Source: Acidimicrobiia bacterium (GTDB lineage: Bacteria; Actinomycetota; Acidimicrobiia; Spongiisociales; ZC4RG35). From it: a stretch of DNA of 64,000 nucleotides. Below the pieces are notes generated by a model. That model was given only the letters and a program-made list of their open reading frames with translations, did not search any database and was not told the DNA's origin. The stretch covers positions 1,120,001 to 1,184,000 of the forward strand of contig OZ244034.1 in NCBI GenBank assembly GCA_965215185.1, written 5' to 3'. Shown in pieces: positions 30,968 through 41,425 of the stretch. The position numbers were made by a program, and so were the translations under genes. Position 1 is the stretch's first letter. Each line of letters begins with the position of its first letter.

Positions 30968-31408
30968 TCAGGCGGCACGCTCGAGGTGTCTTCTGACTTG
31001 GTTCTTCAAGGTGGCCACAATCGCTCCCATCCCCCGCAGACGCAGCGGTGAAACTACTTCCTCCAACCCCACCCCGTAATAGAAATCGTCGGGAAGATCC
31101 AGCACCGTCTGAGCGGATTCACCGTCCAGACCCACTGCCAGCAGCCCCGCGTAGCCGCGGATGGTGGGCGATTGGGGGGGTGCATCGAAAAACATCCTTA
31201 CCGTCTGGTCCTCCTCAAGGCGAATGGCCAGAAAGAACGGCGTTTGGCACTCCACTACCTGCTCCAACTGGTCTTTCATCTCACCGCGATACTCCGGGGG
31301 CAATGGTGGAAGGGTACGAGACAAATCCAACAATGCGTGGCCCCGTATGGAGCGGGGAGTGCTCTGCAATAAGGCCAGGATGCGGTCAAGGCGCGCGGGA
31401 AGAGGCAT
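30968..31408 (-). CDS. sufE: SufE family Fe-S metabolism protein
   Basis: [35 protein letters not shown]. Confidence 0.88.
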   Translation of the reverse strand: MPLPARLDRILALLQSTPRSIRGHALLDLSRTLPPLPPEYRGEMKDQLEQVVECQTPFFLAIRLEEDQTVRMFFDAPPQSPTIRGYAGLLAVGLDGESAQTVLDLPDDFYYGVGLEEVVSPLRLRGMGAIVATLKNQVRRHLERAA

Positions 31409-31528
31409 CGCCTTAAGAGTACCACCAACCTGCAGGGGGAATACTGGCGGCTATTGGTGAGGTTAAACACTATTAACATAGGAGTTACTTCTGCTCCTTT
31501 CCCTGCACGTCAACCTGGAGAAACATGC

Positions 31529-32401
31529 ATGTCTGACACTGACACTCCCAAGTTCGCCGCCTACTCAAATCCCGGAATGCTGGTTTCCACCGACTGGCTG
31601 GCTCAGCGGCTGGACGACCCCAAGATAATCCCGGTGGAATCGAACGAGGATCCGTTGCTCTACGACACCGGCCACATCCCGGGGGCGGTCAATCTTGACT
31701 GGCACCTTGACCTGAACCATCCGCTGATCAGGGACTACCTGGACAGTGACGGTTATTCCTCGGTGATGGGAAGTAAGGGAATCAGTCCCGACTCCACATT
31801 GGTTTTCTACGGAGACAACTTCAACTGGTGGGCCACCTATGCGTTGTGGGTGGTATCGCTTTTCGGACATGCAGATATCCGGGTGTTAGACGGAGGGCGT
31901 ATGAAATGGGAAGAGGAGGGCCGCCCCATGACCACTAAGCCCACCGAGCGCCCCACAGCCGAGTACCCGACAACCAGTCGGGACGACAGCCGGATCCGCG
32001 CTTTCCTTCCGGCCGTACTCGGCCACTCCAACCAAGGAAATCCCCTGGTGGATGTCCGCTCTCCCGAGGAGTTCCGTGGCGAACGTCTTCACATGCCCGG
32101 ATACCCCAACGAAGGGTCCACCCGTGGCGGGCACATTCCTGGCGCCTACAGTGTTCCTTGGAAGCGGGCCGCCAACGATGATGGCACCTTCAAGGATGCA
32201 GATGAACTGAAGGCCATCTACTTGGATGAGATCGGTCTCCGACCCCACGACGAAGTGATCTCCTACTGTCGAATCGGGGAGAGATCCAGTCACACCTGGT
32301 TCGTCCTCACCCATCTCTTAGGATTCGAGAACGTTCGCAATTACGACGGATCGTGGACAGAGTACGGCAATACGGTGGGTGTCCCCATCGAGAAGCCCTG
32401 A
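31529..32401 (+). CDS. Thiosulfate/3-mercaptopyruvate sulfurtransferase (tandem rhodanese, SseA/CysA-like)
   Basis: LVSTDWL, GHIPGA twice, [19 protein letters not shown]; divergent from sufE. Confidence 0.93.
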   Translation: MSDTDTPKFAAYSNPGMLVSTDWLAQRLDDPKIIPVESNEDPLLYDTGHIPGAVNLDWHLDLNHPLIRDYLDSDGYSSVMGSKGISPDSTLVFYGDNFNWWATYALWVVSLFGHADIRVLDGGRMKWEEEGRPMTTKPTERPTAEYPTTSRDDSRIRAFLPAVLGHSNQGNPLVDVRSPEEFRGERLHMPGYPNEGSTRGGHIPGAYSVPWKRAANDDGTFKDADELKAIYLDEIGLRPHDEVISYCRIGERSSHTWFVLTHLLGFENVRNYDGSWTEYGNTVGVPIEKP

Positions 32402-32489
32402 ACGGCTCCGACCCTTATTGATCAATCAACCGGGGATGGGTTCACTCCCTCCCCGGTTGTGACCCTCCCGGCGGTTAGAATGGGCAACC

Positions 32490-33590
32490 GTGACGCTGGG
32501 AGGTGAACGTACGCATTCCGAACAGCCTCCTCCCTGGCTCAACCGCTGGGTTTTCACCGCCTCGCTGACCTTGTTGGGAATCGCCGGCACAGTTTGGGTG
32601 ATCGGGCGGCTGACCACCCTGCTCCTGATCGTGTTCATGGCTGGCTTTTTGGCGGTGGCCCTCATACCGGCAGTGGACTGGTTGGAAAAGCGCAAATGGA
32701 ACCGCCGGTGGGCCGCCCTTTTTGTCCTCGCAGCAACCGTGCTGTTAGTACTCCTCTTTTTTGCCACCCTGCTTCCGCTCTTCATCAACCAGACCGCGGC
32801 CATCACAGTCAAACTCCCCGATTACTTGGCGGCCACCGAGGATTGGGTGAGCAAATTCGTTGATATCGACCTGCTGGACAATCAAGTCCGCACCCAATTG
32901 GAAGATCTCGGGTCGCTGCTTCAACAATACGGAGGACAGGTGGCGGGGGGAGTGCTGGCGGTGGGGACCACTCTGGCCAGTGCTGTGTTCCAAGGAGTCA
33001 CCATTCTGTTGTTCGCCTACTACATGGTCGCCGAGACACCCAAGATGCTTCGCTTGGTGCTCTCGTTCTTTCCGGGCCCCCGCCAGCGTCTGCTCTTGCA
33101 GATCTGGGCGGTTTCCATCGAGAAGACCGGCGGATATGTCTATTCTCGATTGATCCTTTCCGTGCTGTCGGCAGTGATCACTGCCGTAGTGCTCGCCCTG
33201 CTCTCGGTGCCCTATCCGGTAGCGCTGGGAATCTGGGTCGGGGTGATCTCCCAGTTCATTCCCGTGATCGGAACTTATATCGCCGGAGCGCTCCCGGTGT
33301 TCATAGCGCTGGTCGAGAATCCGATTACCGCCCTGTGGGTCATAGTGTTGATCGTCGGCTACCAGCAGGTCGAGAACCTCATCATCTCCCCGCGGATTAC
33401 TTCCCGCACCATGGCCATTCATCCGGCGGTTTCGGTGGGAGCAGTGATAGCAGGCGGGTCCCTGATGGGGGCGATCGGGGCAGTCTTGTCCCTCCCGGTG
33501 GCCGCCATCATCCAGTCACTGATCTCCACCTCCCGCCATCATCATCAACCGGTGTTCGGAGTGGAAAAACAGAAAACTCTCGAGGAGTAG
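32490..33590 (+). CDS. AI-2E family transporter
   Basis: FIPVIG, YQQVEN.IISPRI, IHPAV, GAVLSLPVAA motifs. Confidence 0.88.
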   Translation: MTLGGERTHSEQPPPWLNRWVFTASLTLLGIAGTVWVIGRLTTLLLIVFMAGFLAVALIPAVDWLEKRKWNRRWAALFVLAATVLLVLLFFATLLPLFINQTAAITVKLPDYLAATEDWVSKFVDIDLLDNQVRTQLEDLGSLLQQYGGQVAGGVLAVGTTLASAVFQGVTILLFAYYMVAETPKMLRLVLSFFPGPRQRLLLQIWAVSIEKTGGYVYSRLILSVLSAVITAVVLALLSVPYPVALGIWVGVISQFIPVIGTYIAGALPVFIALVENPITALWVIVLIVGYQQVENLIISPRITSRTMAIHPAVSVGAVIAGGSLMGAIGAVLSLPVAAIIQSLISTSRHHHQPVFGVEKQKTLEE

Positions 33591-33651
33591 ACCGCTTATC
33601 GGACCGGAAGTCCACCCCCACACCGCGGCAGGAACAGGGCCGCTCGCCGGT

Positions 33652-34764
33652 TTGGCCGTGCTGGAATTGGCAGGGCTGGGGCCCGGGCCCTTCGCAGGTA
33701 TGGTGCTGGCCGATCTGGGGGCCAAGGTAACAGTGATTGATCGGCCCAGCGGGGGAGCCGACTATGCGGCGGGACAGACCATCTTCAATCGAGGAAAACG
33801 TTCGATCGCCGTCGATCTCAAACGAGGCGAAGGCAGAAGTGTTGTACTGCAGATGGTGAAACAAGCCGACATACTGATCGAAGGATTCCGGCCGGGAGTA
33901 GCCGAGCGGCTGGGGGTGGGACCCGAGGTTTGCCTGGAGCGCAATCCCCGTTTGGTATACGGGAGGATCACCGGCTGGGGACAAACCGGCCCCCTCTCGC
34001 AGACTGCCGGTCATGACATCAACTACATTGCAGTGGCCGGCGCCCTGCATCCCATCGGTCCGTCCGAGCGGCCCTATATCCCTCTCAATCTGGTGGCGGA
34101 CTACGGCGGGGGTGGGATGCTGCTGGTCTGCGGCGTCCTGGCTGCCCTGGCCTGCGCGCGGACCACAGGAAAGGGCCAAGTTGTGGACGCGGCCATGGTG
34201 GACGGCACCGCCCTGCTGACTTCCGCGATGCATGCCGGATTGGCGGCCGGATGGTGGAAGCCGCAGCGAGCCTCAAACTTCTTGGATGGCGCGGCGCCGT
34301 TTTACGACGTTTACGAGACCGCCGACGGGGGACACGTGGCGGTGGGGTGTCTGGAGGAGCAGTTCCTGGAGGAGATGTGCTCCCGATTGGGGATCGACCG
34401 TGACGACCTGCCCCACCGTTTCGATCCGCGGGGATGGCCGCAGCTGCGTCGTCGGCTGTCGGAGGCCTTCCGCGGCCGGACCCGGGACGAATGGGCCGAG
34501 GTCTTCAGCGAGGGTGACGCCTGTGTGTCACCGGTGCTCAGTCTGACTGAAGCCACACGGCATCCTCACTTGCAGTCCCGTTCCACATTTGTCGAAGTGG
34601 GAGGTTGGCAACAGCCAGCTCCGGCGCCCAGATTCTCAGAGACTCCCACCCAGATGCCCTCTCCTTCTCCGTCGCGGGGGGACCACACCACCGAGATCCT
34701 GACCTCACTGGGATTCTCACCCACTGAAATAGATAAACTCCGGCAGGAACGCGTAGTTAGTTGA
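33652..34764 (+). CDS. CaiB/BaiF family protein, alpha-methylacyl-CoA racemase-like
   Basis: GPGPF..M.LADLGA, NRGKRS, EGFRPGV.ERLG.GP, AGHDINY, NLVADYGGG, LDGAAPFY. The true start is probably upstream (see findings). Confidence 0.9.
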   Translation: MAVLELAGLGPGPFAGMVLADLGAKVTVIDRPSGGADYAAGQTIFNRGKRSIAVDLKRGEGRSVVLQMVKQADILIEGFRPGVAERLGVGPEVCLERNPRLVYGRITGWGQTGPLSQTAGHDINYIAVAGALHPIGPSERPYIPLNLVADYGGGGMLLVCGVLAALACARTTGKGQVVDAAMVDGTALLTSAMHAGLAAGWWKPQRASNFLDGAAPFYDVYETADGGHVAVGCLEEQFLEEMCSRLGIDRDDLPHRFDPRGWPQLRRRLSEAFRGRTRDEWAEVFSEGDACVSPVLSLTEATRHPHLQSRSTFVEVGGWQQPAPAPRFSETPTQMPSPSPSRGDHTTEILTSLGFSPTEIDKLRQERVVS

Positions 34765-34787
34765 TTTTGAAGGAAGAACATAGAAAG

Positions 34788-36647
34788 ATGGACCACCGCG
34801 ATCTTGATTCGGAGCGCCGGCATCTCGATCACGCCTCCGAGGGCCTGACATTGATAGACGTCCTCGACCGCGCCGCTCATGACCACGGGGAGCGCTCCGC
34901 AGCCCGATGGAAAGACCAAAGCGGTGAGTGGAAGGGCTTGAATTGGGCAGAAATGCGCGGTATCACCCACCAGGTCGCGGCGGGATTGCAAACTCTGGGG
35001 GTGGCGGAAGGCGACTTCGTGGGGATAATGGCGGGGGTACGTCCCGAACATGCCCTGGCGGATCTGGGGATTGTTCACACTGGCGCGGTCCCCATCACTT
35101 TCTATGAGACTCTCGCTCCTCCTCAAATCGCCTATATCGGCAAACAGACCGGCGTAAAAGCGGCGATTCTAGAGAATGCCGCGATGATGGAACGATGGGA
35201 CGAAGTCCGTTCCCAACTTCCCCGGCTGGAAGTTGTGGTTGCCATGGATGTTCCCGAAGAAGGACTGCCGGACGGTGTGATTTCTTGGGAGGAGTTGCTT
35301 AACAGGGGCGCAGAACAATTAATGGCCGATCCCGAGAGCGTCACTCGGGCGGCGCAGGAAGTCACTCCATCCCACCTTGTCACTCTGATCTACACCTCAG
35401 GGACAACCGGAGACCCCAAGGGGGTGATGGTCACCCACCGCAACGTGGTCTGGACGGTCGAGTCCGTAGCCCGTACCCTGGGCATGCCGGCCCATTTCCG
35501 GACGGTGGCTTATCTTCCTTTTGCACACATAGCGGCGCGAGCCGCCACCCACTATGCACCCATCTTTTTGGCAGGAGAGGTCTACTACTGCGCGGACCTT
35601 GCAGAAGTGGCCGACTACGCCCGGGCATGCCGCCCCCAGGCTTTTCTGGGAGTGCCGCGAGTGTGGGAGAAGTTTCAGGCCCGCCTCTTGGAGGCCCTCG
35701 AGGCCGATTCCAAACGGGACCTGGTGATGAAGGCCATTGCCAATGGCCGCGAGGTTGTGGAGAGCAGGGTAGCGGGAAACAGCGCGCCACTCGGAAAGCG
35801 AGTCAAGCATGCTCTTTTCAACCGACTGATCTTCTCAAAGATCAGAGCCCGGCTGGGAATGCAAGATCTGGTCTTGGCGGTGACGGCCGCCGCCCCGATC
35901 AGCCGAGATCTCCTGGTCTTCTTCAATGCCTTGGGAATCCCCCTCTACGAGATATACGGGATGAGTGAAAGCACCGGCCCGGCCACCTGCACCACCGCCG
36001 ACAATCCTGCACTGGGAACAGTTGGCAAGCCCTTCATGGGCGTGGAAGTGGAAACGGGAGAAGACGGGGAAATCAGGGTCAGGGGCGGGGTGGTCACCGA
36101 CGGCTATTACCGGCTTCCCCAAGCCACTGCCAATACCTTCTCCGAGGATGGTTGGCTTTACACCGGAGACTTGGGAGAGTGGGACCAAAACGGCAACCTG
36201 CGGATCGTGGGCAGAAAAAAAGAGATCATCATCACCTCCTCGGGAAAAAACGTCGCTCCCGCCACATTGGAGACCGCCATCTCCAGCCATCCGCTAGTGG
36301 GCGGGGTGTGCATGGTGGGCGATAACCGACCCTACCTGACCATGCTGGTTTCCCTGGATCCCCAAGAAGCTCCCAGGTGGGCCGAGCAGCAGGGAATGCC
36401 CGGCGACGATTGGGAGACTCTGACCACCCATCCCAAAGTAGTGGGAGAGATACAGTCCACCGTGGAGCGCGCCAATCGCCTCGTAGCACGAGCCGAACAA
36501 GTCAAGAAAACCGCCATCGTTCCGGACCAGTGGGACCCCGAGACCGGGGAGATCACCCCTTCCATGAAGGTCAAACGGCATGTCATCATCGACAAGTACG
36601 CTGGGTTGATCAACGAGCTATACCAGGACGGGACCACGGGATCCTGA
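34788..36647 (+). CDS. Long-chain fatty acid--CoA ligase
   Basis: IYTSGTTGDPKG, YLPFAHI, GVPRVWEK, YGMSE, TGDLG, GRKKEII...GKNVAP. Confidence 0.92.
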   Translation: MDHRDLDSERRHLDHASEGLTLIDVLDRAAHDHGERSAARWKDQSGEWKGLNWAEMRGITHQVAAGLQTLGVAEGDFVGIMAGVRPEHALADLGIVHTGAVPITFYETLAPPQIAYIGKQTGVKAAILENAAMMERWDEVRSQLPRLEVVVAMDVPEEGLPDGVISWEELLNRGAEQLMADPESVTRAAQEVTPSHLVTLIYTSGTTGDPKGVMVTHRNVVWTVESVARTLGMPAHFRTVAYLPFAHIAARAATHYAPIFLAGEVYYCADLAEVADYARACRPQAFLGVPRVWEKFQARLLEALEADSKRDLVMKAIANGREVVESRVAGNSAPLGKRVKHALFNRLIFSKIRARLGMQDLVLAVTAAAPISRDLLVFFNALGIPLYEIYGMSESTGPATCTTADNPALGTVGKPFMGVEVETGEDGEIRVRGGVVTDGYYRLPQATANTFSEDGWLYTGDLGEWDQNGNLRIVGRKKEIIITSSGKNVAPATLETAISSHPLVGGVCMVGDNRPYLTMLVSLDPQEAPRWAEQQGMPGDDWETLTTHPKVVGEIQSTVERANRLVARAEQVKKTAIVPDQWDPETGEITPSMKVKRHVIIDKYAGLINELYQDGTTGS

Positions 36648-36674
36648 ACCCACCCGAAGATAGGAGACTTTGCT

Positions 36675-37580
36675 TTGTCAGACATCACTTTTGACCGGAA
36701 GGTGGCGATCGTTACCGGAGCGGGGGGCGGTCTGGGGCGAAGCTACGCCCTGGAACTGGCCCGTCGGGGTGCTCGGGTAGTTGTAAACGACCTGGGTGGC
36801 GCCATTGACGGCACCGGTGGGGACAGCCGTCCCGCAGATCTGGTGGTCGAGGAGATCACGCGGCGGGGCGGAGAAGCGGTGCCCAATTACGACTCGGTAG
36901 CCAGTCCCAAAGCGGGATCGGCGATAGTCCAGACGGCTTTGGACGCCTTCGGCACTGTGGATGTGGTGATCAACAATGCCGGGATTCTGCGGGACCGAAG
37001 CTTTGGCAACCTCACCATTTCAGAATTGCAAGCGGTGATGGATGTCCATCTGCTGGGTGCATTCCATGTATCGATGCCCGCCTTTCCAATCATGAAAGAA
37101 AAGGGCTACGGCCGGTTTGTTTTCACCTCCTCCAATGCCGGGATCTTCGGCAACTTTGGGCAGACCAACTACGGGGCGGCCAAAGCCGGTCTGGTGGGAT
37201 TCTCCAACGTGCTGGCCATAGAGGGGGCCAGATACAACATCAAATCCAACGTGATTGCCCCGGTGGCCCGCACCAGGCTCACCGAGGAACTGCTGGGGCC
37301 TCTCACGGACTTTCTGGATCCCGACCAGGTCACTCCCATGGTGGTGTACCTGTGTTCAGAGAACAACCAGTTCTCCCACGAGATATTCACCGCCGGCGGG
37401 GGACGGTACGGTCGCATCTTCATCGGCACGAATCAGGGATGGTTCTCCGGCATGAAGGTCGTACCGTCAGTGGAAGAGATCCAAGACAACCTCGATCAGA
37501 TCCGAGACATCTCCACTTACGAAGTCCCGATGAGCTCCACAGAAGAAATCATGTTGATCGCTAAGGCAATGGGAGGCTGA
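36675..37580 (+). CDS. SDR, (3R)-hydroxyacyl-CoA dehydrogenase-like (MFE-2 type)
   Basis: TGAGGGLG, VVNDLGG, NNAGILRD, GNFGQTNYGAAK. Confidence 0.88.
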   Translation: MSDITFDRKVAIVTGAGGGLGRSYALELARRGARVVVNDLGGAIDGTGGDSRPADLVVEEITRRGGEAVPNYDSVASPKAGSAIVQTALDAFGTVDVVINNAGILRDRSFGNLTISELQAVMDVHLLGAFHVSMPAFPIMKEKGYGRFVFTSSNAGIFGNFGQTNYGAAKAGLVGFSNVLAIEGARYNIKSNVIAPVARTRLTEELLGPLTDFLDPDQVTPMVVYLCSENNQFSHEIFTAGGGRYGRIFIGTNQGWFSGMKVVPSVEEIQDNLDQIRDISTYEVPMSSTEEIMLIAKAMGG

Positions 37581-37583
37581 GTC

Positions 37584-38438
37584 GTGCCGATCGACATCGA
37601 AGCCGCTCTGGCCTCACAGCTCCCGGCCCGCCAATTCGCCTGGGACGAGGACCGGGTGATCCTCTATCACCTGGGTCTGGGAGCCGGAGCACCTCCCACC
37701 GATCCCCGTGAACTCTCCTATACCTATGAAGGCAACCTAGCGGTGCTGCCCTCCTTTGGCACGATCGCCGCCAATTCCTCAATGGCAACGATCTCCACTG
37801 CCAGGGGAGTGGACATCAACTGGGCGCTACTGCTGCACGGGGAACAGGACTTGGAGATCAGACAACCGATACCGCGAAGCGGCACAGTAACCAGCCAACC
37901 CCGCATTGCTCACATCTACGACAAAGGCCGGGCCGCCCTTATGGTGGTGGAGGTGACCTCCACCGACCAACAAACTGGGGAGTTGCTATTCATCAACCGG
38001 TCAACGTTGTTCATCCGTGGAGAAGGAGGATGGGGTGGAGATCCGGGTCCGAAGGCGTCAAATCCTGCGCCATCTCGGTCGCCCGATCACATAGTTCGCT
38101 CGCCCACCCTTCCCCAGCAGGCCCTCCTGTATCGCCTGTCGGGAGACAAGAACCCCCTGCATGCCGATCCGGCGTTTGCCACGCTGGGAGGATTCGACCG
38201 GCCCATTCTTCACGGCTTGTGCACCTATGGAATGGTTTGTAAAGCAGCGGTCAACACGGTGTTGGACGGGAACCCCGAACGCGCCCGACGCTATCAGGCC
38301 CGATTTGCGGGAGTGGTATTCCCTGGAGAAACCGTGGTGACCCGCATGTGGGAAGAAGGAGACAAGGTGCTCTTGGAAGCGGTGGTGGAAGAACGGGATG
38401 CGAAGGTCCTCTCCAATGCCGCTCTGTGGGTGTCCTAG
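37584..38438 (+). CDS. MaoC double-hotdog (R)-enoyl-CoA hydratase 2
   Basis: ILY.LGLGA, LHGEQ, YRLSGDKNPLH.DP, PILHGLCTYG hydratase-2 motif. Confidence 0.9.
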   Translation: MPIDIEAALASQLPARQFAWDEDRVILYHLGLGAGAPPTDPRELSYTYEGNLAVLPSFGTIAANSSMATISTARGVDINWALLLHGEQDLEIRQPIPRSGTVTSQPRIAHIYDKGRAALMVVEVTSTDQQTGELLFINRSTLFIRGEGGWGGDPGPKASNPAPSRSPDHIVRSPTLPQQALLYRLSGDKNPLHADPAFATLGGFDRPILHGLCTYGMVCKAAVNTVLDGNPERARRYQARFAGVVFPGETVVTRMWEEGDKVLLEAVVEERDAKVLSNAALWVS

Positions 38439-38453
38439 AGAGAAAGGTTCAAA

Positions 38454-39641
38454 ATGACTACCACCGCCGTCCTGGATGTCATAGACCAAAGAGTCGACCG
38501 GTTGCTTTCCGAGCATCCGCCCGCTGAAACCAGTTCCCAGAAGTTTTGGGGTGCCCAGTTCGATTTGGGGCTGGCCTGGCCGTCCTTTCCCGAGGGATTG
38601 GGAGGGATGGGAGCCTCCCCCGGCGAGGCGACCGGGGTAACCCAGGCGCTGAGAGAAGCGGGCGCCCCCGCGGACAACATCCGCCGCAACTTGATCGGTT
38701 ACGGGATGGGCGCCCCGACGATCGTCGCCCACGGAACTGCGGACCAGCAGAACCGTTGGCTACGCAAACTGTTCACCACCGAGGAGATTTGGTGCCAGCT
38801 ATTCAGCGAGCCAGGGGCCGGCTCAGACGCGGCCGGCATCGGCACCAGCGCCATGCGGGACGGGGACGAGTGGGTGATAAACGGCCAAAAGGTGTGGACC
38901 ACCCTGGGACACAACGCCAAATGGGGGATGCTCACCGCCCGCACCAATCCCGCAGTCCCCAAGCATCGGGGCATCACCTATTTCATCATCGACATGGACC
39001 AGCCGGGGGTGGAGGTACGGCCGCTTCGCCAAATCACGGGTGAGGCCGAGTTCAACGAGGTCTATTTCACAGACGCCCGGGTGCCCGACGCCAACCGGCT
39101 GGGAGCAGTGGGGGAGGGGTGGAGGGTGTCAGTGACCACGCTCATGAACGAGCGGGTGATAATCGGGGAGAACATCAGTCCCCGCGGAGAGGGGGCCATC
39201 GCCACCGCCGTGGAGGTGTGGCGCAACTCGGACAGCGACGACCAGACGCGCCGAGATGAACTGATCAGCCTCTGGGTTGATGCGGAAGCGATACGGCTTA
39301 CCAGCCTACGCGACCGGATGGCCCGATTGCGAGGCACTCCGGGGCCAGAGGGATCCACCCTCAAGCTGCAGTGGGCAGAATTGCGCAAGAGCACCTTCGC
39401 TTGGGCCGTGGACATGATGGGCGCCGAAGGGATGCTCTATCCAGAGGCCTACGAATTCCGTACCCCCGAGACCATGGAGGTTGACCACAGTCCCCAATGG
39501 CAGTTCCTTCGTTCTAGAGCCAACTCCATCGAAGGTGGGACTTCCGAGATTCTTCGCAACGTGATCGGGGAGCGGGTGCTGGGTCTACCCCGCGAGCCCC
39601 GTGTGGATCTGGAACTTGCCTGGAAAGACATCGCCCGCTGA
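38454..39641 (+). CDS. Acyl-CoA dehydrogenase (actinobacterial FadE type)
   Basis: WCQLFSEPGAGSD, NGQKVWT, EFNEVYF, L.NER, IEGGTSEILRN.IGERVLGLP. Confidence 0.92.
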   Translation: MTTTAVLDVIDQRVDRLLSEHPPAETSSQKFWGAQFDLGLAWPSFPEGLGGMGASPGEATGVTQALREAGAPADNIRRNLIGYGMGAPTIVAHGTADQQNRWLRKLFTTEEIWCQLFSEPGAGSDAAGIGTSAMRDGDEWVINGQKVWTTLGHNAKWGMLTARTNPAVPKHRGITYFIIDMDQPGVEVRPLRQITGEAEFNEVYFTDARVPDANRLGAVGEGWRVSVTTLMNERVIIGENISPRGEGAIATAVEVWRNSDSDDQTRRDELISLWVDAEAIRLTSLRDRMARLRGTPGPEGSTLKLQWAELRKSTFAWAVDMMGAEGMLYPEAYEFRTPETMEVDHSPQWQFLRSRANSIEGGTSEILRNVIGERVLGLPREPRVDLELAWKDIAR

Positions 39642-39699
39642 TCGCATCGCGTAGTCGGGCCGAGATCACAAACGCGGGAGAGGTATCCTTGCGCATGCC

Positions 39700-40668
39700 A
39701 TGGCGCGGGTATTAGTAACTAGGCCGATCAACCCCCAGGCGGCGGGATTGCTGTCCGAACACGAGGTCTGGACATGGCCGGAAAACCGGACCATGCCACG
39801 CGAATTGCTTTTGGAGCGAGTTGCTACAGCCGAGGGGGCGCTGGTCATGCTCACCGACCGCATCGATGACCAATTCCTGGAGGTCGGACGTCAGATTAAA
39901 GTGGTCTCACAGATGGCGGTGGGGGTTGACAACATCGATCTGGCGGCCTGCACCAGCCGGCGGATACCGGTGGGGCACACACCCGATGTTTTGACCGAGA
40001 CAACCGCCGATATGGCTTGGGCCCTGCTGGGCACCGCCGCCCGCCGGATCCCCGAAGGACGGGACTATGTGCTGGACGGGCACTGGCTTGAGTGGGACCC
40101 CGACCTTCTGTTGGGAAGCGATCTGTGGGGGGCCACTCTAGGCATAGTCGGAATGGGACGGATTGGCGCAGCCGTGGCTCGCAGAGCAGCCGGGTTTTCC
40201 ATGAGAATCGTTTACAACTCCCGCTCGCCTAAACCCACAGTGGAGGAAAAGACTGGAGCGGTCTACACCCGGTTGGATGATCTGTTGACACAATCCGACC
40301 ATGTGGTGGTAACCGCCTCCTATACCCCCGAAACACACCATCTGATCGACGCCGCGGCTCTGACCCAAATGAGACCAACCGCAACTTTGGTGAACATCGC
40401 CCGCGGTTCGCTCGTCGACCCCAAAGCCCTCTACGTCGCCCTCTCTTCCGGTGGCATCGGAGCAGCGGCGCTGGACGTAACCGAGCCCGAACCGATTCCA
40501 GCAAATCATCCGCTGCTGTCCCTTCCCAATTGTCTGGTGATACCCCACCTGGGTTCGGCTAGCCGCGGCACACGCCTAGCCATGGCCACCCGAGCGGCGG
40601 ACAACCTGCTGGCCGGGTTGGCGGGAGAACCCGTGCCTTGGTGCGCCAACCCAGAGGTCTATTCCTGA
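39700..40668 (+). CDS. D-2-hydroxyacid dehydrogenase (glyoxylate/hydroxypyruvate reductase-like)
   Basis: VGVDNID, TPDVLTETTAD, GMGRIG, NIARG, LDVTEPEP, PHLGSA. Confidence 0.9.
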   Translation: MARVLVTRPINPQAAGLLSEHEVWTWPENRTMPRELLLERVATAEGALVMLTDRIDDQFLEVGRQIKVVSQMAVGVDNIDLAACTSRRIPVGHTPDVLTETTADMAWALLGTAARRIPEGRDYVLDGHWLEWDPDLLLGSDLWGATLGIVGMGRIGAAVARRAAGFSMRIVYNSRSPKPTVEEKTGAVYTRLDDLLTQSDHVVVTASYTPETHHLIDAAALTQMRPTATLVNIARGSLVDPKALYVALSSGGIGAAALDVTEPEPIPANHPLLSLPNCLVIPHLGSASRGTRLAMATRAADNLLAGLAGEPVPWCANPEVYS

Positions 40669-40762
40669 TAAGACCTGGAGAGGTGCGGACGCAGAAACCT
40701 GTCACCTACCATATCTCAAGCTGAACAAGATGTTGAGATCAACATTAAGCTATACAAGAAGG

Positions 40763-41425
40763 TTAAACAGCCGGTTTCTTAGTCAGGACGGCGCCCGGTT
40801 GGACGGTCAGCAGGGCGCCTTGCCGGACTGAGAGGTGCGCAGTTGTCCCAACGAAGCGGTTGGAGAGGCCGCGGGTGCTCCCCGCCGGCAAGATGGCGTC
40901 GTTCAAAGACCATTGGAGACCCTGGGTGGTCACTCCGATGGCATGGCCACCCAGCGGTATGAGCGAAACCAAATCTCCCACTCTTCCGTGGAGAGCGGCT
41001 TGATGGCGGACCACAGTGGCCAGATCTTCCCCAGCCAGCCACAAGATCCGTGCGGCCGACCAGCGGTGATCCGCCAGCAACTCGGCATTTCCCACAAGGT
41101 GGTCCAATCTTCCTCCATGACCTCCCACCACGATCACCACATCACCGTGTCGCAGCGCCGCTTCCATCGCCAACTCCAAGTCTGTGTAGTCCTTGTCCTC
41201 GGAGTACCGCTCCACTTCGCCTTCATGTCGATCAGCAGCGTTAAAAGAAACCGAATCCAAATCCCCCACCAGTAAATCAGCCTTGAAACCCAGCCGGTGA
41301 GCATGATCGAGCCCCGAATCTGCGGCTATTGCAAACGCCTCCGAAGGTATCCAGCGCTCAACCTGAGGCGGGGGCGCCTCACCACCGGCAAAGATCACAA
41401 CTACCTGCTTCTTATGCTCAGTCAT
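40763..41425 (-). CDS. thiN: Thiamine diphosphokinase
   Basis: AADSG, VGDLDS, KDYTDLELA, GGRLDH, SLIPL, RGLSN. Confidence 0.9.
   Translation of the reverse strand: MTEHKKQVVVIFAGGEAPPPQVERWIPSEAFAIAADSGLDHAHRLGFKADLLVGDLDSVSFNAADRHEGEVERYSEDKDYTDLELAMEAALRHGDVVIVVGGHGGRLDHLVGNAELLADHRWSAARILWLAGEDLATVVRHQAALHGRVGDLVSLIPLGGHAIGVTTQGLQWSLNDAILPAGSTRGLSNRFVGTTAHLSVRQGALLTVQPGAVLTKKPAV

Noticed and set aside
40710-40750. Inverted repeats between converging genes (ATCTCAA/TTGAGAT, ATGTTGA/TCAACAT)
   Set aside because: Short and AT-rich without a U-tract; too weak to call a terminator or operator.
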